Below are positions 36,155 to 36,155 of a stretch of 36,155 nt of DNA, one piece after another. The notes under the pieces were generated by a model, which ran no database searches, was not told the origin of the DNA, and worked only from the letters and a program-made list of their open reading frames with translations. The position numbers were made by a program, and so were the translations under genes. Source of the stretch: a virus (lineage: Duplodnaviria; Caudoviricetes); the IMG/VR virus record IMGVR_UViG_3300030708_001253, positions 1 to 36,155 of that record. The stretch is one strand, 5' to 3'. Numbering within the stretch: position 1 is the first letter of the stretch; each line of letters opens with the position of its first letter.

Positions 36155-36155
36155 T

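Larger units (their letters stand above)
1..36155. mobile_element. Near-complete temperate podovirus-like phage genome, circularly permuted
   Basis: terS, terL, portal, capsid, tail, lysis and integrase modules all present; no host housekeeping genes; no tape measure or sheath gene; one gene split across the two ends. Confidence 0.95.

Noticed and set aside
1-36155. Genome-wide stop codon reassignment
   Set aside because: Long genes are intact in code 11, and TGA, TAA and TAG all end genes, many in ATGA overlaps

Overview
The window is an almost complete (~36 kb), very AT-rich temperate tailed-phage genome with podovirus architecture, of the kind seen in marine alphaproteobacterial (SAR11/uvMED-like) phages; the host is inferred, not shown. 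It appears circularly permuted: a DUF6378-like gene starts at position 54 (minus strand) and its C-terminus is at the right end, with the middle missing. Gene order: leftward early operon (exonuclease, annealing protein, SSB-like; continuing at the right end with a LexA-like HTH and a nuclease); divergent control region; HTH initiator with internal iterons; late regulator; terS; inverted cassette of small genes; C5-MTase-like gene; terL; portal; scaffold; capsid; adaptor/nozzle; ejection proteins; tail fibre and many small C1q-like adhesin genes; lysis genes; an island of very basic small proteins; tRNA-Ser(TGA); putative attP; tyrosine integrase. The main observation is a conserved DUF5872-type gene (31671-31900) split by a 47-nt insert with the layout of a programmed translational bypass: Arg codon CGG, UGA stop, 15-bp hairpin, Arg codon CGA, then the conserved C-terminus in another frame. 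Also notable: an attP that seems to be only a tRNA-Ser anticodon arm beside a complete replacement tRNA-Ser, and an unannotated 35-aa, 8-Cys metallothionein-like gene. Family names are recognised from motifs by memory and need HMM confirmation.
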